Shown piece after piece: positions 39,633-50,278 of a stretch of DNA of 64,000 bases. Within the stretch, counting starts at the first letter, position 1. Each line of letters begins with the position of its first letter. Origin of the DNA: an uncultured delta proteobacterium (lineage in GTDB: Bacteria > Myxococcota_A > Polyangia > Polyangiales > Polyangiaceae). The DNA is taken from NCBI GenBank assembly GCA_963806225.1, contig CAWDXG010000004.1, positions 1,472,001 through 1,536,000 of the forward strand, written 5' to 3'. A program made the translations under genes and the position numbers. Under the pieces are notes generated by a model, which made no database searches, was not told the DNA's origin, and saw only the letters and a program-made list of their open reading frames with translations.

Positions 39633-41026
39633 CACTTGCCACCTCCTGCCTTCGACCCCGGAACGATGTCGAGCCGCACGTAGCGGTCGAGGTGAACATA
39701 GCGATGCGCGGCATCCGCGACGTCCGCGGAGGTCGCGTGCGCGTACCGACCGAGATCCTGGTCGAGGTAGTTCGCGTTACCGGTGTACTGGTAGTAGGTC
39801 GCGAGCGTGGCGGCGCGCGAGACCACCCCTTCCAGCCGCTGGTAGAAGCTCTTCTTGTAGCCGTTGATGGCGCGTGTCATCTCGTCCTTGCTGGGTGGCT
39901 TTGAAAGCGCCAGCTTCAGCGTCGAGAGCAGCTCGGTCGACAGCTTGTCCACGCTCACGCCCGGCGCCGCCGTCGCCTGCACGACGAAGAAGCTGCCCAG
40001 GCGCATCGACACCTGGTAGGCGTTCACGTCCTTGGCGATCTTCTTGTCGTAGACCAACGGCTGGTACAGGCGGCTGGTCTTGCCGTCGCTGAGCACGCTG
40101 CCGAGCAGATCGAGCTCGGCGTCGCCCTTCTTGTAGAGCGGCGGGCTGTGCCAGGCGAGGTAGACCCGCGGCAGCTTCACGTCGTCGGGGTGCGTCTGCT
40201 GCACAATCTTCGTCAGCTCCGCCGGCGGCACCTTGGGCAGGCTGGCGCGCTTCCCCGCCGGGATGCTCCCGAAATACTTCTCGACGAGCGCCTTCGCCTG
40301 CTCGGGCTCGAAGTCGCCGACGATGGTCAGCATCGCGTTGGCCGGGGCGTAGTACTCGTGGAAGAAGCCCTTCACGTCCGAGAGCGAAGCGGCGGTGAGA
40401 TCGGCGTGCGAGCCGATCACGCTGTGGTGATAGGGGTGACCCGGCGGGAACAGCATCCTCCCCAGATAGATCCACGCCATGCCGTAGGGCTGGTTCTCGT
40501 AGCGCTGCCGTCGTTCGTTCTTCACGACGTCGCGCTGGTTGTCGAGCTTCGCCTGGTCGAGCGCCGGCAGGAGATACTCCATCCGATCGGACTCCATCCA
40601 CAAGGCGAGATCGAGGTAGTTGTCCGGCACGCGCTCGAAGAAGTTCGTCCGGTCCTGCGTCGTGCTGCCGTTGACCTCGCCACCGATGGGCTCGAACGGC
40701 GTGAAATACTCGTGGTCGTAGTGCTTCGAGCCCTGGAACATCAGGTGCTCGAACAAGTGCGCGAAGCCGCTCCGCCCCTTGCGCTCGTAGCTCGAGCCGA
40801 CCATGTAGCGCACATCGACCGCGACCACCGGCAACCGCTGGTCGCGGCTGAGCAGCACGGTCAACCCGTTCTTGAGCTGGTACTGCGTGACAGGCAGCTT
40901 GGGAGCTTGCGTGGAATGCGATGCGGCAGGGGGCGGCGCGGTCGCGGCGCCGGGCCCGGCGAAAGCGGAAACGGCGACGGTGGCGGCGGCCGCGATTACG
41001 GCCGGGAACAGAGTGGAACGCAACAT
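39632..41026 (-). CDS. M16 (pitrilysin) zinc protease, catalytic subunit
   Basis: GFAHLFEHLMFQGS, NGSTTQDRTNFFE, VVKNERRQ; signal peptide. Confidence 0.92.
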   Translation of the reverse strand: MLRSTLFPAVIAAAATVAVSAFAGPGAATAPPPAASHSTQAPKLPVTQYQLKNGLTVLLSRDQRLPVVAVDVRYMVGSSYERKGRSGFAHLFEHLMFQGSKHYDHEYFTPFEPIGGEVNGSTTQDRTNFFERVPDNYLDLALWMESDRMEYLLPALDQAKLDNQRDVVKNERRQRYENQPYGMAWIYLGRMLFPPGHPYHHSVIGSHADLTAASLSDVKGFFHEYYAPANAMLTIVGDFEPEQAKALVEKYFGSIPAGKRASLPKVPPAELTKIVQQTHPDDVKLPRVYLAWHSPPLYKKGDAELDLLGSVLSDGKTSRLYQPLVYDKKIAKDVNAYQVSMRLGSFFVVQATAAPGVSVDKLSTELLSTLKLALSKPPSKDEMTRAINGYKKSFYQRLEGVVSRAATLATYYQYTGNANYLDQDLGRYAHATSADVADAAHRYVHLDRYVRLDIVPGSKAGGGK

Positions 41027-41157
41027 AGTCATGGGTCCTTGGAGCCCGAGAGCAGTAGGGGCCGGCCAGGATGTTGTCAAATGGCCTGACTGCCCGGCCC
41101 GGAGAACACGCCCGCTCTTCCAGGCATTCCGCGCGGGTAGCCGCCGGACACCAGCGG

Positions 41158-42042
41158 CTAGTCCAGCTTGATCTCCAGACCTTCCCGCGCGCCGAAGACC
41201 ACGACGTTCGAACCAGCGCGCTCGGCGCGGGCCCGGCAGCGGGAGATCTTGTCATCCATGTGTTGGTCGGAGTGCATCGGATCGTGGTGGAAGATGGCGC
41301 ACTGCTTGACCCGCGCCTGCACGGCGAGATCCACCACCGTGCTCGCGCGTGCGTGACCCCACCCTAGCTTCGCCGGATACTCCTCGTCGGTGTACTGGCC
41401 GTCGGCTATCAGCAGATCCGCGTCCCCGACGAAGCGCACGAACTCCTCCGGAACGCGCCGCAGGGCCTCTGGGCGCTGCAGGATGTCGTCCCGGTTCAAG
41501 ACGGTCATGTCGATCTCGTTGTCCGTCGCGTAGACGACCTTGACGCCGTTCTTCTCGAACGAGTACGCGAAGCTGCGTCCCGGATGCGTCTGCTCGTAGT
41601 GGCGCACCATCACGCCCTCGATCGATTTCGCGCCGCCACCGAGATCGCTGGGCACGATGGTCGAGCCGAGATCCGAGAAGGTGACCGGGAAGTATTCGGA
41701 CCGCATCTGCCCGAGCAACAGTCGATGGACGCGGTCGTCGTCCTTGGTCACGTCGTAGACGTACAGCGAGTTCTCCTTCGCGTACGCGGGCATGAAGAAC
41801 GGAAAACCCTGGATGTGATCCCAGTGGGTGTGGCTGAAGAACATATGCGCTTCGACCGACGAGCTGCTGCGCGCGAGCAGATCCACACCCAGCTCGCGCA
41901 GACCGGTACCGCCGTCGCAGATGAAGAGCGCGTCGTCGATGCGGACCTCGACGCAGGATGTGTTGCCGCCGTACTTGCGCGTCTTGTGACCCGGCGTCGG
42001 AATCGAGCCTCGCGTGCCCCAGAAGCGCACGAAGGTCGTCAT
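41158..42042 (-). CDS. MBL-fold metallo-hydrolase
   Basis: FWGTRGSIP, GGNTSCVE, SHTHWDHIQG, WGH, FHHDP. Confidence 0.9.
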   Translation of the reverse strand: MTTFVRFWGTRGSIPTPGHKTRKYGGNTSCVEVRIDDALFICDGGTGLRELGVDLLARSSSSVEAHMFFSHTHWDHIQGFPFFMPAYAKENSLYVYDVTKDDDRVHRLLLGQMRSEYFPVTFSDLGSTIVPSDLGGGAKSIEGVMVRHYEQTHPGRSFAYSFEKNGVKVVYATDNEIDMTVLNRDDILQRPEALRRVPEEFVRFVGDADLLIADGQYTDEEYPAKLGWGHARASTVVDLAVQARVKQCAIFHHDPMHSDQHMDDKISRCRARAERAGSNVVVFGAREGLEIKLD

Positions 42043-42073
42043 CGACCTGTTCCCCGCGCCGGACGCCGCGCCA

Positions 42074-42451
42074 TCAACTCCCCTCGCGGTAGACCAGCAC
42101 AACGTCGCCGATCTGCAGCGTGTCTCCTTCGCGCAGCACTGCCGAGTGCGCCTTGATACCGTTGAGAAACACACCGTTGCTGCTGTTGAGATCCGACACC
42201 GTGTACTCGGGCCCCGAGCGCGAGAGGACCATGTGGCGACGCGAGATCATGCTGCTGTCGATCGCGATGTGGGCCTGGTTGGAGCGGCCGATGACGATCT
42301 CGTCCAGATCCAGCACGTAATCCCTGGGCGCGCCCGGTCCCTCGATCTGCTGCAGCACGAAAGGCGTGCGCTGCCGCCGCACGGAAGGGACCACCGGCAG
42401 GTCGCCCACCACGGTAGGCTCTTCTTCGTCCGTCGGACGCGGAGGCGACAT
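42074..42451 (-). CDS. FHA domain protein
   Basis: IGRS, ISRRH, DLNSSNGVFLNG, LREGDTLQIG. Confidence 0.9.
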   Translation of the reverse strand: MSPPRPTDEEEPTVVGDLPVVPSVRRQRTPFVLQQIEGPGAPRDYVLDLDEIVIGRSNQAHIAIDSSMISRRHMVLSRSGPEYTVSDLNSSNGVFLNGIKAHSAVLREGDTLQIGDVVLVYREGS

Positions 42452-42613
42452 CACTCCGTGGCAGTCTAACAGACTTTCCCGAGCCGGCGCGACACGCGCC
42501 GAAGCCAGAACCCGGCCCGCTGGAGCGCCCGCCGTCGACATGTCCCTCCTACGATGTGCCGCAGCAGCAGCTTCCCCTCGCACGATTTGCGTCCCGGGAG
42601 CAGAGCGCGAACA

Positions 42614-43297
42614 ATGTCGCCGATGCTCCGATTTCCGCGTGCGACACTCGTGTCGCTGGCTCTCGTGCTCGTGTCCTGCGGCGCGGGAACCCCGCGGAAG
42701 CCGGCAGAGAGCACCGCCGGCAGCAAGGTTGCGAGCGCGAAGGCCGCCGACTGGGGCGGTCCCGTCCCGGCGCCCGACGACGAGCGCAGCGTGCGCTCGC
42801 TGCTGCGCGCCGCAGCCCTGGACAGGCCGGCCGAGGCGCGCGCTAGCTGTGCGCGGTTCGTGGTCGCCATGCCGGCGCTGTCGCACGGACTGGCATCGGG
42901 AGATCCGATGCTCGACCGCGTGGGCCTCGAGCGCGTGGCCGACATGGACACGCCGGACGGCCGGCGTCGCGTGCCGATCCTGATCTTCACCGGGGAGGAC
43001 GCGCTCCTGCGGCTTCTGGGCTCACCTTCATTCGCGGAGCTCGCGCGGCGCCTCGCCAACGGATACATCCGCCCGGCCAGCGAGCTGGAGCGGAAGCTGG
43101 TGTACGATCTGGTGGGCGGCTTCGAGCGCGGCGAGAAGATAACGGTGGCCCAGACCGGTGCGCTGCGCGTTGCGTTTCTGCTGGATCACGGGCACGTGTT
43201 CTGGATGGAGCTCCTGTCGGCCTGGCAGCCCAGCGAATGGGCGCGGCGCGCCGTGACGGAGCGGCTCGCGAGCCTGGCCTCCGCCCGGGTGCCATGA
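42614..43297 (+). CDS. Hypothetical lipoprotein
   Basis: LVSLALVLVSC lipobox; ATGA overlap with the next gene. Confidence 0.55.
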   Translation: MSPMLRFPRATLVSLALVLVSCGAGTPRKPAESTAGSKVASAKAADWGGPVPAPDDERSVRSLLRAAALDRPAEARASCARFVVAMPALSHGLASGDPMLDRVGLERVADMDTPDGRRRVPILIFTGEDALLRLLGSPSFAELARRLANGYIRPASELERKLVYDLVGGFERGEKITVAQTGALRVAFLLDHGHVFWMELLSAWQPSEWARRAVTERLASLASARVP

Positions 43298-43641
43298 GGC
43301 GCCCCGTTCTTGCGCTTCTGGTCGGCCTGTCGCTGGCTGCGGCGGCCGGTGCGTGCTCGACCAGCGCCCCACCCCGGCCGGCGACGGAATGCCGCCAGTT
43401 CCAGTTCCGGGCCTGCAAGGATCCGTGCGGCCGCGGGGTGCAGGAGTGCCTGGCCCCGGGTCGATGGGGCCCGTGCAGCTGCGTCGTCGGCGACGCCAGC
43501 TATTCGAGCGATGTCGCCGAGCAGCCCGACGCCGGCAACGACGGGGACGCGACCGCCGAAGCGGATGCCGGTCCGGACGCCCCCCCCGACGCTGGCGCCG
43601 CAGATGCCGATGCCGCGACAGACCGGGGCTTGCTAGACTAG
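43294..43641 (+). CDS. Small Cys-containing lipoprotein
   Basis: AAGAC lipobox; C...C...CGRGVQEC...WGPCSC; DAG-rich tail. Confidence 0.65.
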   Translation: MRRPVLALLVGLSLAAAAGACSTSAPPRPATECRQFQFRACKDPCGRGVQECLAPGRWGPCSCVVGDASYSSDVAEQPDAGNDGDATAEADAGPDAPPDAGAADADAATDRGLLD

Positions 43642-43657
43642 AAGGTCCTCCACCCAC

Positions 43658-44617
43658 ATGCCCAGCGACAGACCCGGCCGGGTCCTCGACGGAAAATACG
43701 AGCTCATCGAGGCGGTGGGCCGCGGCGGCATGGCGGTCGTGTGGCGGGCGCAGACGCGCGGCGCCTCCGGGTTCCGTCGCCCCGTCGCGGTGAAGCGCAT
43801 CGAACAGGGCTTCAAGGGCTACCCGGAGATCGAGGCCATGTTCGTGGAGGAAGCGCGGGTCGGCGCCGCGCTGCGCCACCCGAACATCGTGCAGATCCAC
43901 GACTTCGGCGTGGACGAGCAGGGGGAGCACTACCTTGTCTCCGAGTGGGTGGAGGGCATCCACCTCGGCGACTACGTGCGGAGCTTTGCCGGCACTCGCG
44001 AGAGGACGCCCTGGCCGTTGATCGCCGCGATCGGCGTCGAAGTGCTCCGGGCGCTGGAGGCCGCGCACAGCCGCCGCGACCAGCACGGGCGCCTGGCGCC
44101 CATCCTGCATCGCGACGTGAGCCCGCCCAACATCCTGCTCGACATCCATGGCGTGGTGAAGCTCGCCGATTTCGGGATGGCGCGCGCGACGGATCGCGGG
44201 CGTACGACGCAACCGGACGTCGTCAAGGGCAAGCTCAGCTACCTCGCCCCCGAGATGGTGCTGGGAATGGGGCCGAGCGTGCAGAGTGATCTGTTCGGTC
44301 TCGGCGTGGTGCTGTGGGAAGCGCTGACTGCGGAGCGGCTGTTCGACGCGACCACCGACGCGGAGGTGATCGAGAAGCTGCGCGACGCGCGCGTGCCGCT
44401 GCTCAGCATGAAGCGCCCGGACCTGCCGATGGGCTTGACCAGCGTGGTCCACCGCGTGCTCGAGCGCGAGCCGCAGCGGCGCTACGCCTCGGCGCGCGAG
44501 ATGATGGGCGCACTGGTGCGCGAGCTCAGGGTACTGCCGGGCTCCACCGACAGCCCCCACCTCGGACGCAGCGTGGGCGAGGCGCGCGCCCGGTTGACGG
44601 AGAACGGGCAGCGCTAG
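43658..44617 (+). CDS. Ser/Thr protein kinase (kinase domain only)
   Basis: GRGGMA, VAVKR, HRDVSPPN, DFG, GKLSYLAPE, SDLF. Confidence 0.93.
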   Translation: MPSDRPGRVLDGKYELIEAVGRGGMAVVWRAQTRGASGFRRPVAVKRIEQGFKGYPEIEAMFVEEARVGAALRHPNIVQIHDFGVDEQGEHYLVSEWVEGIHLGDYVRSFAGTRERTPWPLIAAIGVEVLRALEAAHSRRDQHGRLAPILHRDVSPPNILLDIHGVVKLADFGMARATDRGRTTQPDVVKGKLSYLAPEMVLGMGPSVQSDLFGLGVVLWEALTAERLFDATTDAEVIEKLRDARVPLLSMKRPDLPMGLTSVVHRVLEREPQRRYASAREMMGALVRELRVLPGSTDSPHLGRSVGEARARLTENGQR

Positions 44618-44793
44618 CGCGGCGGGCTCGCGTGTCCGGGCCCCACCGCGCTCGGTATTTTCCACCCTCTGGTGGCCTGCGGAAGCGACCACGGCGCCGG
44701 GGCCGGCACAGATCCGGCACTTTTTGGCGTGGAAGAGCCGAAAGCGGCGCCCCGGCACAGGGCTCGCGTTGATTTTGATCAAGAAAATTGAAT

Positions 44794-44822
44794 TTGAAAG
44801 TCGTTTTCATGTGCGTTATAGA
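44794..44822 (+). promoter_or_regulatory. Putative feoAB promoter overlapped by a Fur-box-like dyad
   Basis: AT-rich patch; TTGAAA-N17-TATAGA; imperfect 7-1-7 dyad TGAAAGT-C-GTTTTCA at 44795-44809. Confidence 0.6.
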
Positions 44823-44843
44823 AAGGGGGTCGGAGCACACACG

Positions 44844-45179
44844 ATGCAGCTCTCATTCGCGACGATAGGACAGGTGGTCACGGTCGAGCATGTGGGGGGA
44901 GAACGCTCCTTCCGGCGAAGGCTCATGGAGCTCGGGCTCGTCCCCGGCACACGCGTGGAGCTCGTCGGTGTGGCTCCACTGGGTGATCCGCTCGAGTTCC
45001 TCGTGCGCGGCTGCAGCCTTTCGATCCGCCGCGCGGAGGCCAGCAGCGTCCAAGTCAGCGAGCGGGAGGCACCCACTGTCGCGGCTCGCCTGGAAGCGGC
45101 ACAGGCCCCGCCCGAGCCGGCACTCGCCTCGACTTCCCGCGGCGGCATGGGCTGCCCCGGCTGCGCGCGGAGCGCATAG
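44844..45179 (+). CDS. feoA: Ferrous iron transport protein A with a C-terminal extension
   Basis: RRRLMELGLVPGT, APLGDP, LSIRRAEA. Confidence 0.9.
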   Translation: MQLSFATIGQVVTVEHVGGERSFRRRLMELGLVPGTRVELVGVAPLGDPLEFLVRGCSLSIRRAEASSVQVSEREAPTVAARLEAAQAPPEPALASTSRGGMGCPGCARSA

Positions 45180-45191
45180 GGCGCGGGAGTC

Positions 45192-47504
<2,313 letters not shown>

Positions 47505-47522
47505 GCCTTCCGGCTGACCGCT

Positions 47523-48191
47523 CTACATCCCCGGCCAGCGGAACTGCAGGGCCGAGAAGTACGTGAAGGCCACGTGCGAGATGATCACCGGCGGCAGGCG
47601 ACCGCCGATGCTGGCCATGAAGCTCCACACGATGCCGCAGCCGAGCGCTGCGACGATCAAGAGCGGGTTCGGTCCCGCAGCGGGATCCGCCAACAGGAAC
47701 ACGCTCGGCAGCAGGGCAACTGCGTAGAGCAGCGCGGCCAGCGGCCAGCCACGACGCTGGCCGAAGCGATCGCCGAGGCGGTCCAGCACCAGGCCGCGCC
47801 ACACGAGCTCTTCCAGCACCGGTACCAGCACCACCAGCAACGTGAGCTCGACCGAGCGCTGGATCCGGTCCGGTGAGCCGATCTGCAGGTAGATGTGCAG
47901 CAGCCACGCATTCTGCGGGCTACCCGCGGGGGCCAGCGCCGCACGCGCGCCCCACGAGGCAACGAGCAGCACAATCGCGGTGATCGCGCCGAGCGAGATA
48001 TCGCCCCAGCGCGGGGAGAGGCGCTCGACCAGTGTGCCGTCGTTCCACATGGCGTACAGGGCGATGGCGGACAGGACCGTGTACGCCGCCACCAGCACCA
48101 GCCACATTTCAGCGCTGCCAGCGAGCGACGGGCGCAAGGCGAACCCATTGGCCGCCAACAGGACGATCACGACCAGCAGAACGAGGCGCAT
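47523..48191 (-). CDS. CPBP (CAAX/Abi) intramembrane metalloprotease
   Basis: Multiple TM helices; EELVWRG and IISH motifs. Confidence 0.8.
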   Translation of the reverse strand: MRLVLLVVIVLLAANGFALRPSLAGSAEMWLVLVAAYTVLSAIALYAMWNDGTLVERLSPRWGDISLGAITAIVLLVASWGARAALAPAGSPQNAWLLHIYLQIGSPDRIQRSVELTLLVVLVPVLEELVWRGLVLDRLGDRFGQRRGWPLAALLYAVALLPSVFLLADPAAGPNPLLIVAALGCGIVWSFMASIGGRLPPVIISHVAFTYFSALQFRWPGM

Positions 48192-49567
48192 CAGCCGATC
48201 CCGAGGAATCGCGCCGCCACCCAGTCGAGTATCTGATCGGCGAGATCGGTCTTGGCGAGGCGGCCGAGCGAGTCGACCTGGTCCGGGGCGACGAGTGTTG
48301 CGCGATTGTCGTCACGCCCGAACGAATCGCTGGCGTGGTTCGCGACGACGAGGTCTACCCGCTTCTTTTCCAGCTTGGTGCGGGCGTGGGCGATCACCTG
48401 TTCGTCGCCGTCGGTTTCCACCGCAAAACCGACCAGGATCGGGTGATAGGTGCGACGTGCCGCGCCTATCTCGGCCAGGATGTCGGGGTTCTGCACCAGC
48501 TCGAGCGTCATGCGCTTCGATTCGCGCTTGAGCTTCGCAGCGTGCGCCTCGGCAGGGCGGTAGTCGCCGACGGCGGCCGTCATTACCAGCGCGTCCGCGT
48601 GCCCGAGGTCGGGGCCCAGCGCCTGCCACACGGCCCCGCGCATGGCCACGGCGCTCCTCACCTCGACGAGCTGCACACCGTACGGAACGGGAAGCGACAC
48701 CGGACCGGTGACAAGCGTCACCTTCGCGCCGCGCGCCACGGCGCGTTCGGCGATCGCGAATCCCATCTTGCCCGAAGAGCGGTTGCTGACGAACCGCACC
48801 GGATCCAGATCCTCGACGGTGGGCCCAGCGGTGACCACAACGTGACGGCCGGCCAGGTCCTGCGTGCAGACGAGCGATGCCGCCGCGGCCACGATGTGCT
48901 CGGGCTCGGCCATGCGCCCGAAACCGGACTCGCCGCTGGCCACTTCGCCATCCACAGGGCCGATGCGGTGCACACGGCCGTCGTGCTCCAGCGTGGAAAC
49001 GTTGCGCAGCGTGGCGGGGTGCGACCACATCCTGGGGTGCATCGCCGGCGCCACCAGCACCGGGCAGCGCGCGCACAAGGCGGTGGCGGTCAGCAGGTCG
49101 TCGGCGCGTCCTGTGGCCAGGCGCGCCAGCATGTCGGCGGTGGCCGGAACGATCAGCAGCAGATCGCTCCGCGCGGCCAGGTCGACGTGTAGCTCACCGC
49201 CGGTGTCCGCGTTCCACATGGTGGTGAGCGCGGGCCGACCGGTGAGCCCCCCGAACGTCGCGGCTCCCACGAAACGTTCGGCCGAGGCAGTGAGCACGGT
49301 CTGGACCTCCGCGCCTTCCTTGAGAAGCAGGCGGGCCACCTGCGCAGCCTTGTACGCCGCGATGCTGCCGCACACGCCCAGGGTGACGCGCCTGCCCGAC
49401 AGCCGGCCCTGGTAGGACAGCTGGGGTGTCTCGATGGCGGGCGGCGGCCCCGAGGTGGGCGCCCGCACGTCCGGCGACTTGGAAGCAGGCGGCGGACGCA
49501 TGCTCGGCGGTCGGGTGCTGGGCGGGCGCGGGGACGGCCGCGGCGGTCGCTGGCTCGGAGGCGTCAT
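48191..49567 (-). CDS. coaBC: Phosphopantothenoylcysteine decarboxylase/ligase with a Pro-rich N-terminal extension
   Basis: GSIAAYKA, PATAD, APAMH, TAGPT..LDPVRFVSNRSSGKMG, VGFAVET, VVAN. Confidence 0.95.
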   Translation of the reverse strand: MTPPSQRPPRPSPRPPSTRPPSMRPPPASKSPDVRAPTSGPPPAIETPQLSYQGRLSGRRVTLGVCGSIAAYKAAQVARLLLKEGAEVQTVLTASAERFVGAATFGGLTGRPALTTMWNADTGGELHVDLAARSDLLLIVPATADMLARLATGRADDLLTATALCARCPVLVAPAMHPRMWSHPATLRNVSTLEHDGRVHRIGPVDGEVASGESGFGRMAEPEHIVAAAASLVCTQDLAGRHVVVTAGPTVEDLDPVRFVSNRSSGKMGFAIAERAVARGAKVTLVTGPVSLPVPYGVQLVEVRSAVAMRGAVWQALGPDLGHADALVMTAAVGDYRPAEAHAAKLKRESKRMTLELVQNPDILAEIGAARRTYHPILVGFAVETDGDEQVIAHARTKLEKKRVDLVVANHASDSFGRDDNRATLVAPDQVDSLGRLAKTDLADQILDWVAARFLGIG

Positions 49568-50232
49568 CGGCGTCGGGCGAGCGTAGCCCGGGGCGCTCGC
49601 GAGACGTAGGGGTTTCCGGCCTCGAAGAAACGCCAGGGGCGGGCCGCCCAGCTTCCGGCGTAGTCCACGCCGACCCGTGGTGCGCGGGCGACTTTCGTCG
49701 GCCGGGGCGCCTCGGCCAGGAACAGATCGCCGTCGCCGCACAGGTCAAGGCCGTAGTCCCCGGCCCCGACCGCGAAGGCCTGGCACAGCTTGCCGGGGCC
49801 GTTGGTCAACTCGCGCCGCCCGGCGGGCATCCTGCGGCGGGCCGCCATCAGCTCGAGCCCGAGAACGGGCTCCACGGCGCGCAGCAGCACCGCGTGGGGC
49901 TCGCCCACGCTGCCGGTCACCAGGTTGAGCTGCCAGTGCATCCCGTACACGAAGAACACATAGACGCGACCGGGCTCGCCGAACATGGCCTCCGTGCGGG
50001 CCGTGCGGCGCCCTCCAAAGCTGTGCGCGGCGCGGTCGTCGGGTCCGCGATACGCTTCCACTTCGACGATGCGTCCAGCCACGACACCGTCCGCCCCCTC
50101 GCGCACGAGGAGGCAGCCGATGCAGTCGCGGGCCACCTCGAGAACCGGACGCGCGTAGAAGGACCGCGGAAAACGAGGGCCCGGAACCGTAGCGGCCAGC
50201 GGGCCGGCACGACTTCTCCGGACGGCGGCCAT
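49564..50232 (-). CDS. mpg: DNA-3-methyladenine glycosylase (MPG/AAG family)
   Basis: GRIVEVEAY, YVFFVYGMH, AVLLRAVEP, LTNGPGKLCQA, PRVGV. Confidence 0.92.
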   Translation of the reverse strand: MAAVRRSRAGPLAATVPGPRFPRSFYARPVLEVARDCIGCLLVREGADGVVAGRIVEVEAYRGPDDRAAHSFGGRRTARTEAMFGEPGRVYVFFVYGMHWQLNLVTGSVGEPHAVLLRAVEPVLGLELMAARRRMPAGRRELTNGPGKLCQAFAVGAGDYGLDLCGDGDLFLAEAPRPTKVARAPRVGVDYAGSWAARPWRFFEAGNPYVSRAPRATLARRR

Positions 50233-50234
50233 CG

Positions 50235-50276
50235 GGGTCGATACCAGATGCCCGGGGCATCTGGTAGATTCGACCC
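50235..50276. promoter_or_regulatory. Long inverted repeat filling the mpg/kinase divergent spacer
   Basis: GGGTCGA-TACCAGATGCCC-G-GGGCATCTGGTA-gat-TCGACCC. Confidence 0.7.
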
Positions 50277-50278
50277 GG

